A stretch of 60,000 bases of DNA from Vicugna vicugna. Its lineage: Eukaryota. The stretch covers positions 1,293,062 to 1,353,061 of the forward strand of contig MU057809.1 in the NCBI GenBank assembly GCA_013265495.1. Reading direction: 5' to 3'. The translations under genes were made by a program, and so were the position numbers. Positions 11,831-23,597 of this stretch are shown here, in pieces. Every line of letters begins with the position of its first letter. The stretch's first letter is position 1. The notes below the pieces were generated by a model. That model was not told the origin of the DNA. It did not search any database and worked only from the letters and a program-made list of their open reading frames with translations.

Positions 11831-13589
11831 CTTCCTCATCTGGTCAACCAGGTTTGTTGAGCGACTACTTTGTGCCAGATGTTGAGGGGGAAGAGATGGC
11901 CCCGTGCCTTCCTGGAGCTCCCAAGGTGGCTGGGGAGGGAGGGAGGGCAACAGGCAGCTGCACTCTCATGTGGCCAGTGCCAGGCTGGCGGTACCACAGG
12001 GGCGGGGGGGGGACTTCCAAGGAGAGCTAGCACTTGGCCGGCTTCGAAGGATGCTCCCCGAAGCCTCAATCAGCCACCCAAGCTAAGTCGGCCTAGCTGC
12101 CCTGACCACGCCAGGCTCCAGGTTTCAGGCCAAAAGGCCAGGCCACCGGTGCTCATTGGTGCTTTACTGCCAACTCCTAGGCAGCCCAGGGTGGGCAGGG
12201 CAGGGCAGGGCAGGCAGCAGCGACGTCCCTCATATAGAGTCAAGTAACATCCTAAGACCCACAGAGAGAAGGAAACTGGCCCAAGACCACCCAGAGCGTG
12301 GGCTGAGGTTGCGGGGTCCTGGGCGAAGCAGGCGGGCGGCCGGGCCTGAGCTCGGGGCTCGTCTGCAGCTGTAGGCTGTCTGTTCCTCTCCTGGGGCAGT
12401 AACGGGGATCAGCTGCCGCTGTCTGCCGCCCCATCCCTCCCTGCCATGGAGCTGCCGTGCCGAGCTTCTAAGCCAACCCTTCTCGATTACCTCCCCTCCT
12501 GCCAGCACTGGCTCTTCGTCCAGAAGCTTCTGGGCTGGGGCCCTTACTGGACCACCATGGCCATGCCACTCACTGTCTCTTAGGAAGCCTGCCGGCATCC
12601 TGGTGTCTGAGGCCCCCAAGCTGCCGGACACTGAGGAGTACTGCCTTGGATGACTTCCTGTGAGTTAATGGGTCACCCATTATGTCTCCTGGATCTTCCC
12701 AGGAAACAGACACCCAGCGGAGGCTAGCCCCAAGGCCCCCAGGATGCAGAATGGGCTTCTAGAACCTGCTGGGACTGATCCCATTTGCAGGAGGCCCCAA
12801 GCTGAGCCCCAGCTGAGAAAGGGGTCCTGAGCTCGGCTGAGGACACAAAACCTCCGCGGAACCTGACAGGGAAGGCGGCGTGGAGCCCTTTGGGGCCTCG
12901 CGGGCCATGTGGGCCCCCTGTCTCAGCCAAGTCTCCACCCAACCTCATTAGGTAGGTCTTAAGCCATTCTGCCACCTGGCTGGCCGGGAGCCCCACGTTG
13001 GGGCTGCTGGAGGGGCATGTGGAGCACAGGCCAGCTGCTCAGGAGATGCACAGGCCCAAGTCCCTGGGCGAGAGGACCAGGCTGTCTGCTTGCCTGACTT
13101 GTCAGCACCTGATAAGATGGACAGTAGTGTCATCCTCGTGTAAGGGTGGGAAAACAGGCTCAGAGGAGGAATGTCCCATGTCTAGAGCCTTAACGCTGAG
13201 AAGCAGCCACTCTGGGGTTGGAGGGCAAGCAGTCTGGTTCCAGAAGCCCCCAGCCCCTAAGGCTGCATCTGTTTGTCCCTGCCTGGGGAGGGTCCTGGTA
13301 CAGCCTCTCCCCTCTCCCCCTTCCTGAGGACCCTAAAGCCTCAAGGGGCGTCCTGGCAACCTTGTCAGCTATCTCCATCCCCTCCGGACTCCCCATTTCC
13401 TGTCCTGGGCCCAGCACCTCCTCCTCTCACCCACCCGTCATAGCTGCTTGGCCCAGTGGGTCCCTGGAGGGAGCCTTTGGGTCTAGGGTGAGGGCAGGGG
13501 AGGGGAGCAGCGCCTCAGGCTGGAGCTGAGCCTGGGGAAGGGGGCAGGGGCAGCTAGGCCGGCCACCCCCCTACAGTTTTCAGACCTCA

Positions 13590-13715
13590 AGGAGTCACCA
13601 CAAAATTCCATTCTCCTGACAGCAAAGAAATTGAATCACTCTTGCCAAAGCCCACGGCCCCCACAAGAATGCTGCAAAGCTTTGTCCTGCTGTTCCCAGA
13701 TAGGCAGCTGTGCCC
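13590..13715. promoter_or_regulatory. Candidate LFNG clock enhancer (FCE1 / A-block-like)
   Basis: AT-richer block ~2.7 kb upstream of the ATG with N-box CACAAG (13662-13667), CSL-like TTCCCAGA (13693-13700) and E-box CAGCTG (13705-13710). The position resembles the known mouse element, but identity is not verified by alignment. Confidence 0.5.
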
Positions 13716-14351
13716 AGGTCCCCCCACTTCCAGCAGGTCTGGCTGCAGAGAAATGCAGAAAACCCCTGCTGGACTTGATGCCATGCCCCTGCCAAGCTGA
13801 GCCAATCCCCCTGTACAGTTGCTCCCCCTCCCGGAGTGCAATGCAACAGAGCTTCTCCAGCCTCCACTTGCTTTCTGTACAATGGGCACATCACTTCCGA
13901 TGCCTGGTGTGTCAAAGGCACAGCAGCCAGGGCTGTGTAGAAGGGGCTGGGGAGCATGAGTCAGAGAAAGCAGGGGTGCTGTAGGGTGCAGGGCGGGGAG
14001 TCCCACCCCCTGGGCTAGGGGTCACAGAGAGGTTGGCTCACAGGACCTCATCAGGTAGGCATAGAGGGTGGCATGGCTGTGTACTGCTCCCCCTCCTGCC
14101 TCTGGCAGGCTGCTCAGTGCTTAGTGGGTACCACTAACTATGGGTGCCACTGGCCAGAATCCTAGGTACAGGGCACAGCTCATACAAAGATGTGGGGGCT
14201 TGACGGTGTTTGGGCTGTTGGGCAATGGGGAAGCATTGCTGGGAGCAGCATTTCTGTGGAGCTGGGACCGAGCTGGGACTGAGCTGGGACCAAGCTGGAC
14301 ACCAGACCAGGACTTGAACTCAGAGGCAGTGGGGAACCACCAAAGATTTTG

Positions 14352-14380
14352 GTGTGTGTGTGTGTGTGTGTGTCTGTGTG
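14352..14380. repeat. (GT)n microsatellite
   Basis: gtgtgtgtgtgtgtgtgtgtgtctgtgtg. Confidence 0.9.
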
Positions 14381-15319
14381 TCCGGGGGTAGAGGTGAGGG
14401 TGTGATCAGAGCTGTGTGGTTTCTGAGTGGAGAGTAAGCAGAGCAGGTAGACTGGGGACAGGAGACCAGGGTGGAGGCTGTCCAAGGGGTCCAGGGAAGA
14501 GACGAAGGTCGAGGAGGAGGCTCCCTCTCAGAATAGCCCAGACATGGGGTAGGTAAGAGTTGGTGATGGGGCAAGGGACTTGGGGGCACAGAGACCCTCC
14601 AGATGTGAGGCTGGAGTTGTTCTGGGGCTCAGCTGACTGTGTGGGGATGGCCCCGCAGCCATCGGGTCCTTTCCTGCCCTGCCCACCCCCACCTCTGCAG
14701 GCTGTGCTCTGGCTGATGGGGGTGGTTTATGGCAGGAGGTGACTCCATGGGAGTCTCGTCACTTGGGCACAGCTAGCACCATCTGCTCAGGCATCTGCCT
14801 GCCTGAGGTGGCGCCTGCTAATTACCTTGGGGGTGGGTACAGGAAGAGGCCTGGGAACTCCCATCCCCCCCTCACCCCATCACAGAGGGGCAAGGGGGAA
14901 GGCCCCAGGGCCCTAAGAGCAAATGGGCCAGGCCCCCTGGGCGTGAGTCTGGGACCAGGGCCAGACATGCCCCATAAATCTTTATAGAGCACCTACTATG
15001 TTCTAGGCCCATGGGGGGGTGCCATGAAGCAGAGGGAAGTGCTGTGAAGATAACTGGCCAGTGGGCAGAATGAGCGCCAAAGAGGTACCAGTTTCGCTGT
15101 GGTGGTCGCTGAGGGCGTCCTCAGGAAGGGACGCGGAGGAGCTGGGGAGGGAGGGGAAGGAGGCGCAGCCAAGCAGAGAGCCGCCCCTAGCAGCGCTTCC
15201 GGAAGATGCTGCAGGCAGGGGGCTCAGACCGTGATTTCGCGACGGGGGTCCCTTGGCCACTTCCGCGCCCCTCGCCTCTCACCCTCAACCCCGGCTGCCG
15301 GCGCGCATTCCTGCCGCGC

Positions 15320-15460
15320 CTGCTCGTGCGGTGGGCCGGCCCAGCCCGTGGGAAGGGCAGGGGGTGGAGGCCGCCGTGTGCCGGGGAGGAGGGGTGGGGG
15401 CACAGCTGGGCCACATCTGGCCCGAGCGCAGAGGGAACAAATGGGACAGAAGGCGGCCTT
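15320..15460. promoter_or_regulatory. Candidate Notch/bHLH enhancer upstream of LFNG
   Basis: N-box CTCGTG (15323-15328), perfect RBPJ/CSL site CGTGGGAA (15347-15354), E-boxes CAGCTG (15403-15408) and CATCTG (15414-15419). Confidence 0.55.
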
Positions 15461-16326
15461 TCATCTCGCGCGGGGAGGGGCGGCCTCGATTTCTTCTCGC
15501 CACGGGGCGCCAGAGAATTTCGGGGGAACTACGGCCCGCACCCTCACGACGTTGGGCTTCGACGAGGAAACTGGCGCTGGGGCTGGGGTGAAATTTGGTA
15601 AGGTGCTTTCTCGCTGGAAACTCTTGTCCCTACCTGTGGCTCAGGTGGTTAAACGCCTCCTCGATATTAATACCGGCTGTTCTGGATGGAGTGCTCAGGT
15701 CCACCCAGGCGCCGACCCTGTTACTTGGCCTGCACTGTCCCTAGGGGAGGAAGTGGGGCTCGGGGAGGGGAAGCGCACAGCGAGGAAGTAAGGACGTCCC
15801 GCAACCCACCTCGGGACGATTGAGCCCCAAGTCACTGTCCTAGAATCCCGGTCACAGCACCGAAGGCGCGTCCCTCCATATGCCAGACGCCCTGTACGGC
15901 CCCAGCCGGCGCTGCGCTAGCCTCGGTTTCCCCTTCAGGGCCACCAGGGCGGGGTGGGCCCAAATCCCCACGCCCCGCGGCTGCCCATTAGGGGAGATCC
16001 GGGCGGAGCGGGGCGTGCACGTGCGCACAGGGGGCGGGAGCCCAAGGCAACGGCCCTTCAGTTCCCAGACCCCCGCCGTGGCCCCACGTGGGTGTTGCCG
16101 GGTGTCGCGGGCAACCCGGCGAGGCCCCGCCCCAGGGCCCTGGAGCCAGTGAGCTTGTGTTAGGGGCGGGGCCTCATGGAGCGCTCCGCCCTCAGGGGGG
16201 CGGAGCCACTCTGGGGAGGTTTAAGAGCGCGGGACTCGGGCCTTGCACAGCTGAACTTGCAGAGGGGGCGCGGAGCTTCGGCCGTGGTGTGCCGGGCAGG
16301 GCGCACCGTGCGGCCGCCACCCCACC

Positions 16327-16755
16327 ATGCTCAAGCGCTGCGGCCGACGCCTGCTGCTGGCGCTGGCGGGAGCGCTGCTTGCCTGCCTGCTAGTGCTCAC
16401 GGCCGACCCGCCGCCGCCCCCGGTGCCCGCCGAGCGCGGTCGGCGTGCGCTGCGCAGCCTGGCGGGCCCCTCGGGGGCGGTCCCGGGGCCCGGACTGGAG
16501 GCGGCAGCGGCGCCCCGGGCGCTCGTCCGCGAGGTGCACAGTCTGTCCGAGTACTTCAGCCTGCTGACCCGCGCGCGTAGAGACGCGGGCCCACCGCCCG
16601 GGGGCGCCCCCCGCCCCTCCGACAGCCATCCGCGGCCCCCGGCCGAGTCGCTAGCGCCGCACGACGTCTTCATCGCCGTCAAGACCACCAAAAAGTTTCA
16701 CCGCGCGCGCCTCGACCTGCTGCTGGAGACATGGATCTCACGCCACAAGGAGATG
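16327..16755 (+). CDS. LFNG: LFNG coding exon 1 (signal anchor, stem with RARR convertase site, [12 protein letters not shown])
   Basis: Kozak cccaccATG at 16327; ends KEM|gtgagc. Confidence 0.97.
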
Positions 16756-18214
16756 GTGAGCCCCCCGCAGCCTGGGCAGGCGGGCTGGGGAGAAGGCACT
16801 GTCTTGTCCAGCCGGTGGCAGCATCCGATGGGCGCCAGGCTGTATCTCTCTCCAGCCACTGGGAATATCTAGAGGTGATGATCCCCTTCCAGCCCAGTTT
16901 GCCTGGTGGGGCCACCCTCCCCATCACACTGTTGTGAGAGCCCCAGCTGGGGATGGTCCCCAGCCAACCTCCAGGGCGCTGGGCAGCCCACACTGACCCT
17001 CCACCAGCCACCAGTGCTTAGGGTTGGTGCCCTGCGATGCTTTTGGCCCCTCAAACACTGGAACTAATTAATAGGGAATTCTTGTCCCCAAACCTTCCTA
17101 AGGCAGATTCTGCGTGGGGCATCCACCCTGAGCTCAGATCCTTCCCTGGGAGGAGAACTTTCCTCAAGGTGGAGTGGGGGTTGGACCCCTGGGCACAACC
17201 TTTGCAATGGAGTGGGGGACAGATCAGTGCTGAAGACATTTGGATTTGAGGGAATGAGAGAGCGCTGGGTTTCAAGGTCTGTCTGGGGGCCTTCTCTCCA
17301 CAGTGCAGGAGTCTGGAGCCTGGAACCCTGTGCTTAGTACATCCTGGCTGAGCATCGACTTCCTACACACACACATAATAAAGACACACCTCACTTTGAA
17401 AATCTCCCTCCAGGCTGCAGCAGGACCGTTGGGTTGGGGCAGGACAGGGGCAGAGTGTGAACCCTGCTCAGGCAGCGGTGGTGGGGGAACACCCCCAAGC
17501 TGGGATATTCAAGGGACTAACTAGGCATTTGAGGTGAGGGTGAAGGACCCTTGACCCAGGTGGGGTCTCAGAGAAGACTCCACACCTCTTCCTCCCGATT
17601 TGAACCCTTGAGGTCTGGGGGCCTTCTGGCCTGGCTGAGCCTGCTTTGGGGGCAGGATCCTGGTGAGGTCATGATGGAGGCTAGGAGGGCAGGGTCCTTT
17701 CTAGTCCAAGCATGGGGAGGGGGCCCTGGGAACCCCAAGGCAGCCTCCTGGGAACGCAGCGTCCCTTTCCCAGGGGCTCAGCAGGCTGGCGGGAGGGGGC
17801 GGCGGGGGCCGCGGGTTTTGTTTGGCTGCTGGGCCGTTAGGATTCCCAGCGCCGGGCGGCTCTCACGCCGGCCGCTTGGGCAAGGTAACAAAGCCCCTTT
17901 CTCCAGTGGAGAAAGGCGTCCGGCCTCTTGTGTGCAGCTATGTGCTCCATGGGAACCGCCGCCGGCGTGCTGGCCACTCAGGTTGCCTGGAGATGAGGGC
18001 CTGTGGGGCCCCCCCACATCCCTGAGTGACAGCACTTGCGGGGCACCATCCCTGAGCCAGGCACCACCCTCCGGGACTCTGCCTCCCCGCTGTGTGACCT
18101 TCGGCAGTGTTCAGCCCCCTCTGGGCTGCCACCAGTTCTCACACCTCCCATCTTGGGTTTTGGGGGCTTTCTCCAGCAGAGGGGATGTGGTCGGTCTCAG
18201 GTGCCAGTCCCTGT

Positions 18215-18325
18215 GAGCTAGGTGACCTTGGGCAAGACCTAGGGCTTCTCTGACCCTCAGTCTCCTTATCTCTGAAATAGAGAAAGCATTGCCCTTCCAA
18301 TAAGGTGCTGTAAAAGAGGACTGGC
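18215..18325 (+). mobile_element. MIR SINE
   Basis: ctaggtgaccttgggcaag...cttctctgaccctcagtctccttatctctgaaat. Confidence 0.6.
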
Positions 18326-21141
18326 AAGACCTGGGTGTGGGGAATGAGCACGGTGGGGCACTCAGAACCCAGGTGGGGGCTGTCATTCCCTTGGACCCTT
18401 AGCTTCCTGCTGAAGGGCAATTCAGGTTTCCTTTTTGCCAGCTGACCCCACCCCGGAGAGGCTGAAGCTGCCCCAACAATCAGTTCATGTGTCACAGCAA
18501 GCAAGAGCCCCTCTTACCATGTACTGTGGGGGAGGGGTCCTTGAAACTCTTTCAAAACAGAGGATCCTCCTTTCCCAGCCCTGTGCAGGGTGATTCAGAC
18601 CCTGTCTGACCGGGGAAACTCAAGGAAGTCAGGGCTGCACTAGGGGGAAACCCAGAGAGGCTGTGTGAGCTGGAAGTGGGCATCTGACCCATGCTGGGGA
18701 GGGAGGGGCTTCCTGGAGGAGGTGCCATTTGAGCTAGACTGGGAGTAGAAAATGCCCTGAAAGGGCAGTTGGGCATCATGAGCACGGGCCTGGGGGATGT
18801 GCCAGAAACTTCTAGCTACTGGAGTGACCTGGGCGGGGGTGGTCAGCAGGGGCCACACCACGACAGGCCTTGAAGTCCAGGATGAGCGGCCGGGCCTTTG
18901 GCCGACACGTTCCTCCCCCATCCCTCCCAGGAGTGGGCCAGGCTGCTGTGGCTGCCACCGCAGCAGCCACAATTGTTGGGGGGAGAGCTTGGCATCCTGT
19001 GTTTCTTTGAATCGCGGCTCCAGGAACAATGCTGCTTCCTGTGGGTGCCCCCCACCCGCCCTCCGCCAGCCCTGCTGTTGTCAGGGAAGTGGGGAGGGGT
19101 CTGAGGGGTTCTCGCTCCTAGAAAGGCGCAGCTGGGATGGACTAGCACCACCTCTGTCCTCGGTACAACCGCAGGCTGGGGGCTGCCCCTCTGGGCCTCA
19201 GTTTCCCCATTTGTGTCCACAGTTAGTAACGGTGCCTTCCTCCCAGGGCCGTTAGGGAGAAGCAGGAAGAGAACTGTTCTTGGCATTTTGCTTGGGGCTT
19301 ATGTGAGCTCTGGTTACGCCCATTGCACAGAGGGGGAAACTGAGGCTCTGAGCAGTGGGTGAGGCCTGTGGCCAGGCAGCCCAAACCTTCCCTCCTGGTT
19401 GCTCTGTTGTGGGGAGACAGGAGGCCCAGCACCCTCACAGCCCCACAGCCCCACCCCTCCAAGTACTCCTCACTGAACAAAGGTGACTTTAATCTCCATA
19501 GCCTTGGGCTGGGTTTTTAGGGCACCACCAAAGCGCGGGAGAACAGGCCTTGCTTGATCTCATTAAGAAAGCATTTTCCTTTTAATCCAGTGGCGGCAAC
19601 GGCGCGTCTGCACGGGCCGGCCTCAGCCTCCCACGGCATTCCTGGGCTGAGGTGCTGGGGAGCGGGCGGGGGGCTGGATGCGAGTCTGTGCGTGCGGGCT
19701 GCCCTGGGGTGTCTGCTCTGGAAGGAGAGGGTGCATGTGTGGAGAGGGTGCAGAATGAGCCCGCCACCCCTCTTAGCTCTAGGCCCACCCAGCCGGTGGC
19801 CTTGCCCCAGCGTGGGCCAGCGTCTGGGGTCAGGCTGGGCAAGGAGCCGGGGCTGCTGGTTGGGGTGGGTCCCCCAGGTCCCTGGGGGTGTACTGCTCTC
19901 TACGCATGCTGGCTCCTCCCTTGGACCCATCTGTGCACAGAAGGAAACCGAGGCCTGGCGGGCATGGATGTGGGGGTTTCTCCTGCTGCCTGTGCTCAGA
20001 GGACCCGCCACTGGGCCCCCGGCTTTGCACTCAGCCCCGCCTGGGTGCTCTGGGCGGCACGCGCTGGGCGGGCCAGCCAGAGGAAGGAACATTCCTCCCC
20101 GTGTGCCGACCGGCCCAGGCGGGCGCCGGCAGCTCCTGGTCCCTCCCTGTCGGCCCCCCTCTTCCGCGGAGCAATCCTGGCAGGGATGGCCCTGTGCCGG
20201 CACAGGTGGAGCCTTGCTGTGGCCTTGAGTGAGGCCTGTCTGTGAGCCTGGGTTTCCTTGTCTGAGCAGCCGGCGGGGGTGCCCGGCTGTCCAGGTGCTG
20301 GGGACACTGATCCCTGCGCTGGGGCATGTGCGGTTTCCTGCCTCAAGCTCACTGACGGACGGCACCCCCTTAGAACCCGGAGGCTCCTTTGGCTCAGAGA
20401 AGGTGACCAGCTCAGCTGGCTGGTCACACAGTTAGGGGTGCGAGGGGCCCAGCTTGAGGGCCCAGCCCGGAGGACTGCAGGGCTGTGGCCGCACCCCTGC
20501 CCGCTGGACCTTGCGCCCAGCCCGGCCCAGTTAACCAGGCCAGCTGTATGGTAATGGGCCGCTAGGCCACTCCCGCTTAACGCGGCCGAGTTCCCCTTGC
20601 CGCGCGGCCCAGGACAAAGCTGGCGGACAATGCCTGGTGATTCATCCTCCCTCCGGGCCCTTTGTCCAACAGTGCTTGGCAGACGCCCAGCAGAGGCCTT
20701 TGTCCCTGACTGATTGAGACTTGGCTTCCCAAAGCCGACCTCCTCTGCCTGTCCCCCCACCACCCTCTGCCCCCTCCCACAGGCCGGGCACTGTGTCAAT
20801 AAGGGTGTGTGCCCCACCAGGTGCGCAGGGCGGGCCAGGAGCCTGTTACCTGGCGCGTGGGCGGGGCACCCCACCTGGCTCGTGCCTGCACAGCTGCCGG
20901 GTGACCTTGGGCCCAGCTGTCGAGGTCGGGGGTGGGGTCTGCCTGAGCCCCTGACCCACTTCCACTCAGGCTAAGCATTGAGCCCCACTCTGCACAGGGG
21001 GAAATTGAGGCCCAGAGAAGGGTGGGGCAGTGGCATGACAGAGGGGTCCCGTGAAGCCTTGGGGTGCCCAGCCCTGGACCCTGCAGTGGACAGGGGTGGG
21101 GGCACAGAGCTGCCTGTTCAAGGCCGTATTTCTCCCTGCAG

Positions 21142-21190
21142 ACGTTCATTTTCACGGACGGGGAAGATGAAGCCCTGGCCAGGCGCACGG
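21142..21190 (+). CDS. LFNG: LFNG exon 2 (TFIFTDGEDEALARRT)
   Basis: ccctgcag|ACG...ACGG|gtgagc, 49 nt. Confidence 0.96.
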
Positions 21191-21661
21191 GTGAGCCCTG
21201 GATGTGGGGAGGCAAGGGGGGCTCCACCCCAGAGGAAACCCTCCCCTCGGGAGAGGTCACGGAGTCCACGGGCCTGGGAGGGCAGTTTACTCAGCGGGTT
21301 TGCTCAATGCCCCGCCCCGCCACTTGCCCCCACCCCCAATTCTCATGCAAATGAGGCCCTTTCAGCTCCCGCAGCTCTTTGAGCTGCTCTGGCGGCAACA
21401 GGTGGCTGGTGCTGGGAAAAAGCGGCCTGAATGGACAGGGGCGGGCGGGGCGCGCCGGCGGGGATCACCAGGCCTGGGTCCTCTCCAGTAGGGCAGGGCG
21501 GGGTGCCGCTGCAGGCACAGCGTGGACCCAGGGCGCCCGGGGACAGACTGCCACCCGCCCTGGCCTGCTCTGCTCTCCGCCTGCCTGCCGTGTCACCCCA
21601 GGCTAGGCTGCCCTCTCTGAACTGTCTCGGACCCACTCACAGCCCTTCCCCTTGTCCGCAG

Positions 21662-21761
21662 GCAATGTGGTCAACACCAACTGCTCAGCTGCCCACAGCC
21701 GACAGGCGCTGTCCTGCAAGATGGCCGTGGAGTACGACCGCTTCATCGAGTCGGGGAGGAA
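21662..21761 (+). CDS. LFNG: LFNG exon 3 ([32 protein letters not shown])
   Basis: gtccgcag|GC...AGGAA|gtgagt, 100 nt. Confidence 0.96.
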
Positions 21762-21865
21762 GTGAGTGCTGGCCTTTGGCTGGGGCCCAGGGAGCGTCCC
21801 CTCCTCGGGCTCCTGTCCTGGCAGTTCCCCCCCCATGCCCTCCCTGACGGCCCTGCCTCGCCCAG

Positions 21866-22019
21866 GTGGTTCTGCCACGTGGATGATGATAACTACGTAA
21901 ACGTGAGGGCCTTGCTGAGGCTGCTGGCCAGCTACCCGCACACGCAGGACGTCTACCTCGGCAAGCCCAGCCTGGACAGGCCCATCCAGGCCACGGAGAG
22001 GGTCAGCGAGAACAAGGTG
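21866..22019 (+). CDS. LFNG: LFNG exon 4 (catalytic DDD motif, [12 protein letters not shown])
   Basis: cgcccag|GTGG...AAGGTG|gtgagt, 154 nt. Confidence 0.97.
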
Positions 22020-22133
22020 GTGAGTGTTCCAGCCACATACGCCTGTCCAGGGGAGGAGGCTGGAGGTGTCCCTGCAGTTTACAGGCGCAGGGAGAGAGGG
22101 TCTGGGGGTCTCACCACGTTCTCCCTCCCGCAG

Positions 22134-22219
22134 CGTCCTGTCCACTTCTGGTTTGCCACGGGCGGGGCTGGCTTCTGTATCAGCCGAGGGCTGGCCCTGA
22201 AGATGAGCCCATGGGCCAG
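22134..22219 (+). CDS. LFNG: LFNG exon 5 ([28 protein letters not shown])
   Basis: cccgcag|CGT...GCCAG|gtgagt, 86 nt. Confidence 0.97.
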
Positions 22220-22657
22220 GTGAGTGCCCTGGGGCCCCAGTGAAGCTGCGCCAGGTCCCAGGGTTCCCGTGGCGGGGCCTGGCTTGGTTCGTCCTCCCTG
22301 CAGCAGTGTGCCCAGCTTCACGTGCACTGGCAGGGGGAGTCATCCCTACCACTGCCCACCAGCCTCTGCTCTGGGGGGTCAGCACCCAGGTTGGGCGGGA
22401 CACCTTCCTACACCTGGTAACCCCCGACTCACAGAGAATCATCAGGCTGGTACGGAGGAGGGGACCGTCCTGGGGCTCACGGAGGTGGGGAGCTGCCAGC
22501 GTGAGAGCCCGTTAGGGACACAGACTGGTCTGCAGGCCGCCCCGCCAGGCGCATCCACCTCCTCTCTGAGCCTGGCCAAGCACTCCGTACGACACTCTGC
22601 CCAACGGGGTCCTGCCCAGCTCCTGCCTCTGCTCACTGTGGCACTTCCCTCCCACAG

Positions 22658-22823
22658 TGGAGGCCACTTCATGAGCACGGCCGAGCGGATCCGGCTGCCG
22701 GACGACTGCACCATCGGCTACATCGTGGAGGCCTTGCTGGGCGTGCCTCTCGTCCGCAGCGGGCTCTTCCACTCCCACCTGGAGAACCTGCAGCAGGTGC
22801 CCACCTCCGAGCTCCATGAGCAG
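22658..22823 (+). CDS. LFNG: LFNG exon 6 ([21 protein letters not shown]...FHSHLENL...HEQ)
   Basis: cccacag|TGGA...GAGCAG|gtgtgc, 166 nt. Confidence 0.97.
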
Positions 22824-23320
22824 GTGTGCCTCCCCAGGGGCTCAGGAAGGGACTTGGGACTGAGAAGGGGCTGAGAGAGGAGGGGAGGGGCCGATGGGAG
22901 GGAGGAAGGGAGGAGAAGGGGGAGGTAGGGAGGAGGTGGGGTCACTGTTCTAAATGGGTCAGGAGAGGCCCTGCTGTCGGCTGCCAGCCAGGCACCCACG
23001 TCCTCCACGCAGGTCCTGTAGTGCATCCTTCCCGCCTTCTGTCTCAGTGGGACAGCTGGTCAGTGCCTGTTGGGTCCCCCGGGTCAGTAGCTGCTCTCTG
23101 GCAAGGACTAGCTGAGTCCACCTTGGACATGATCCCTGGAGTGTGCAGAGCAGGGGGGGTGGTGCCGCACGGCTCACAGACCTTCCTTCTTGGTCTGAGG
23201 GTGTGCAGAACGCAAGCCTGTTCCTGTTCCCTCATTCAGAGCCACACGCCAGCCTTGGGCAGAGCTGGGGTGGGGGGCATCGGGACCCCTCCCGGCATCA
23301 CTCTGTCCCTCTCTTCGCAG

Positions 23321-23406
23321 GTGACCTTGAGCTACGGCATGTTTGAAAGCAAGCGGAACGCTGTCCACATTAAGGGGCCCTTCTCTGTGGAGGCTGACCC
23401 ATCCAG
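23321..23406 (+). CDS. LFNG: LFNG exon 7 ([28 protein letters not shown])
   Basis: ttcgcag|GTG...TCCAG|gtgagg, 86 nt. Confidence 0.96.
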
Positions 23407-23530
23407 GTGAGGAAGGGGAGGCCCAGATGGGGGCTGGCTTACATCGGGTCCCCTGGGGTCTCCTGCGGTTAAGCAGCACGGCTAGGAGGGCCTGGTGCTG
23501 TGAGCTCAGCCCCCGACTCTGTCCCCACAG

Positions 23531-23597
23531 GTTCCGCTCCATCCACTGCCACCTGTACCCGGACACACCCTGGTGTCCCCGCACTGCCACCTTCTAG
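23531..23597 (+). CDS. LFNG: LFNG exon 8 coding part ([21 protein letters not shown])
   Basis: ccccacag|GTTC...TTCTAG stop at 23595-23597. Confidence 0.96.

Larger units (their letters stand above)
15200..16760 (+). promoter_or_regulatory. LFNG: LFNG CpG-island promoter with GC boxes and a TATA-like TTTAAGAG (~16220)
   Basis: Dense CpG; GGGGCGGGGC near 16163 and GGGCGGAG near 16198; TTTAAGAG about 105 nt upstream of the ATG. Confidence 0.8.
16327..23597 (+). other. LFNG: LFNG gene, coding span (8 exons; 1137 nt CDS, 378 aa beta-1,3-N-acetylglucosaminyltransferase lunatic fringe)
   Basis: Exons 429+49+100+154+86+166+86+67 = 1137 nt join in frame with GT-AG introns. The protein runs [15 protein letters not shown]...VFIAVKTT...[10 protein letters not shown]...[12 protein letters not shown]...[16 protein letters not shown], a recognisable lunatic fringe. 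Confidence 0.98.

Noticed and set aside
1..16000. Many 60-280 aa ORFs upstream of LFNG
   Set aside because: Pro/Gly/Ala/Arg-rich ORFs on all six frames are expected in GC-rich DNA. I found no recognisable domain or exon chain.
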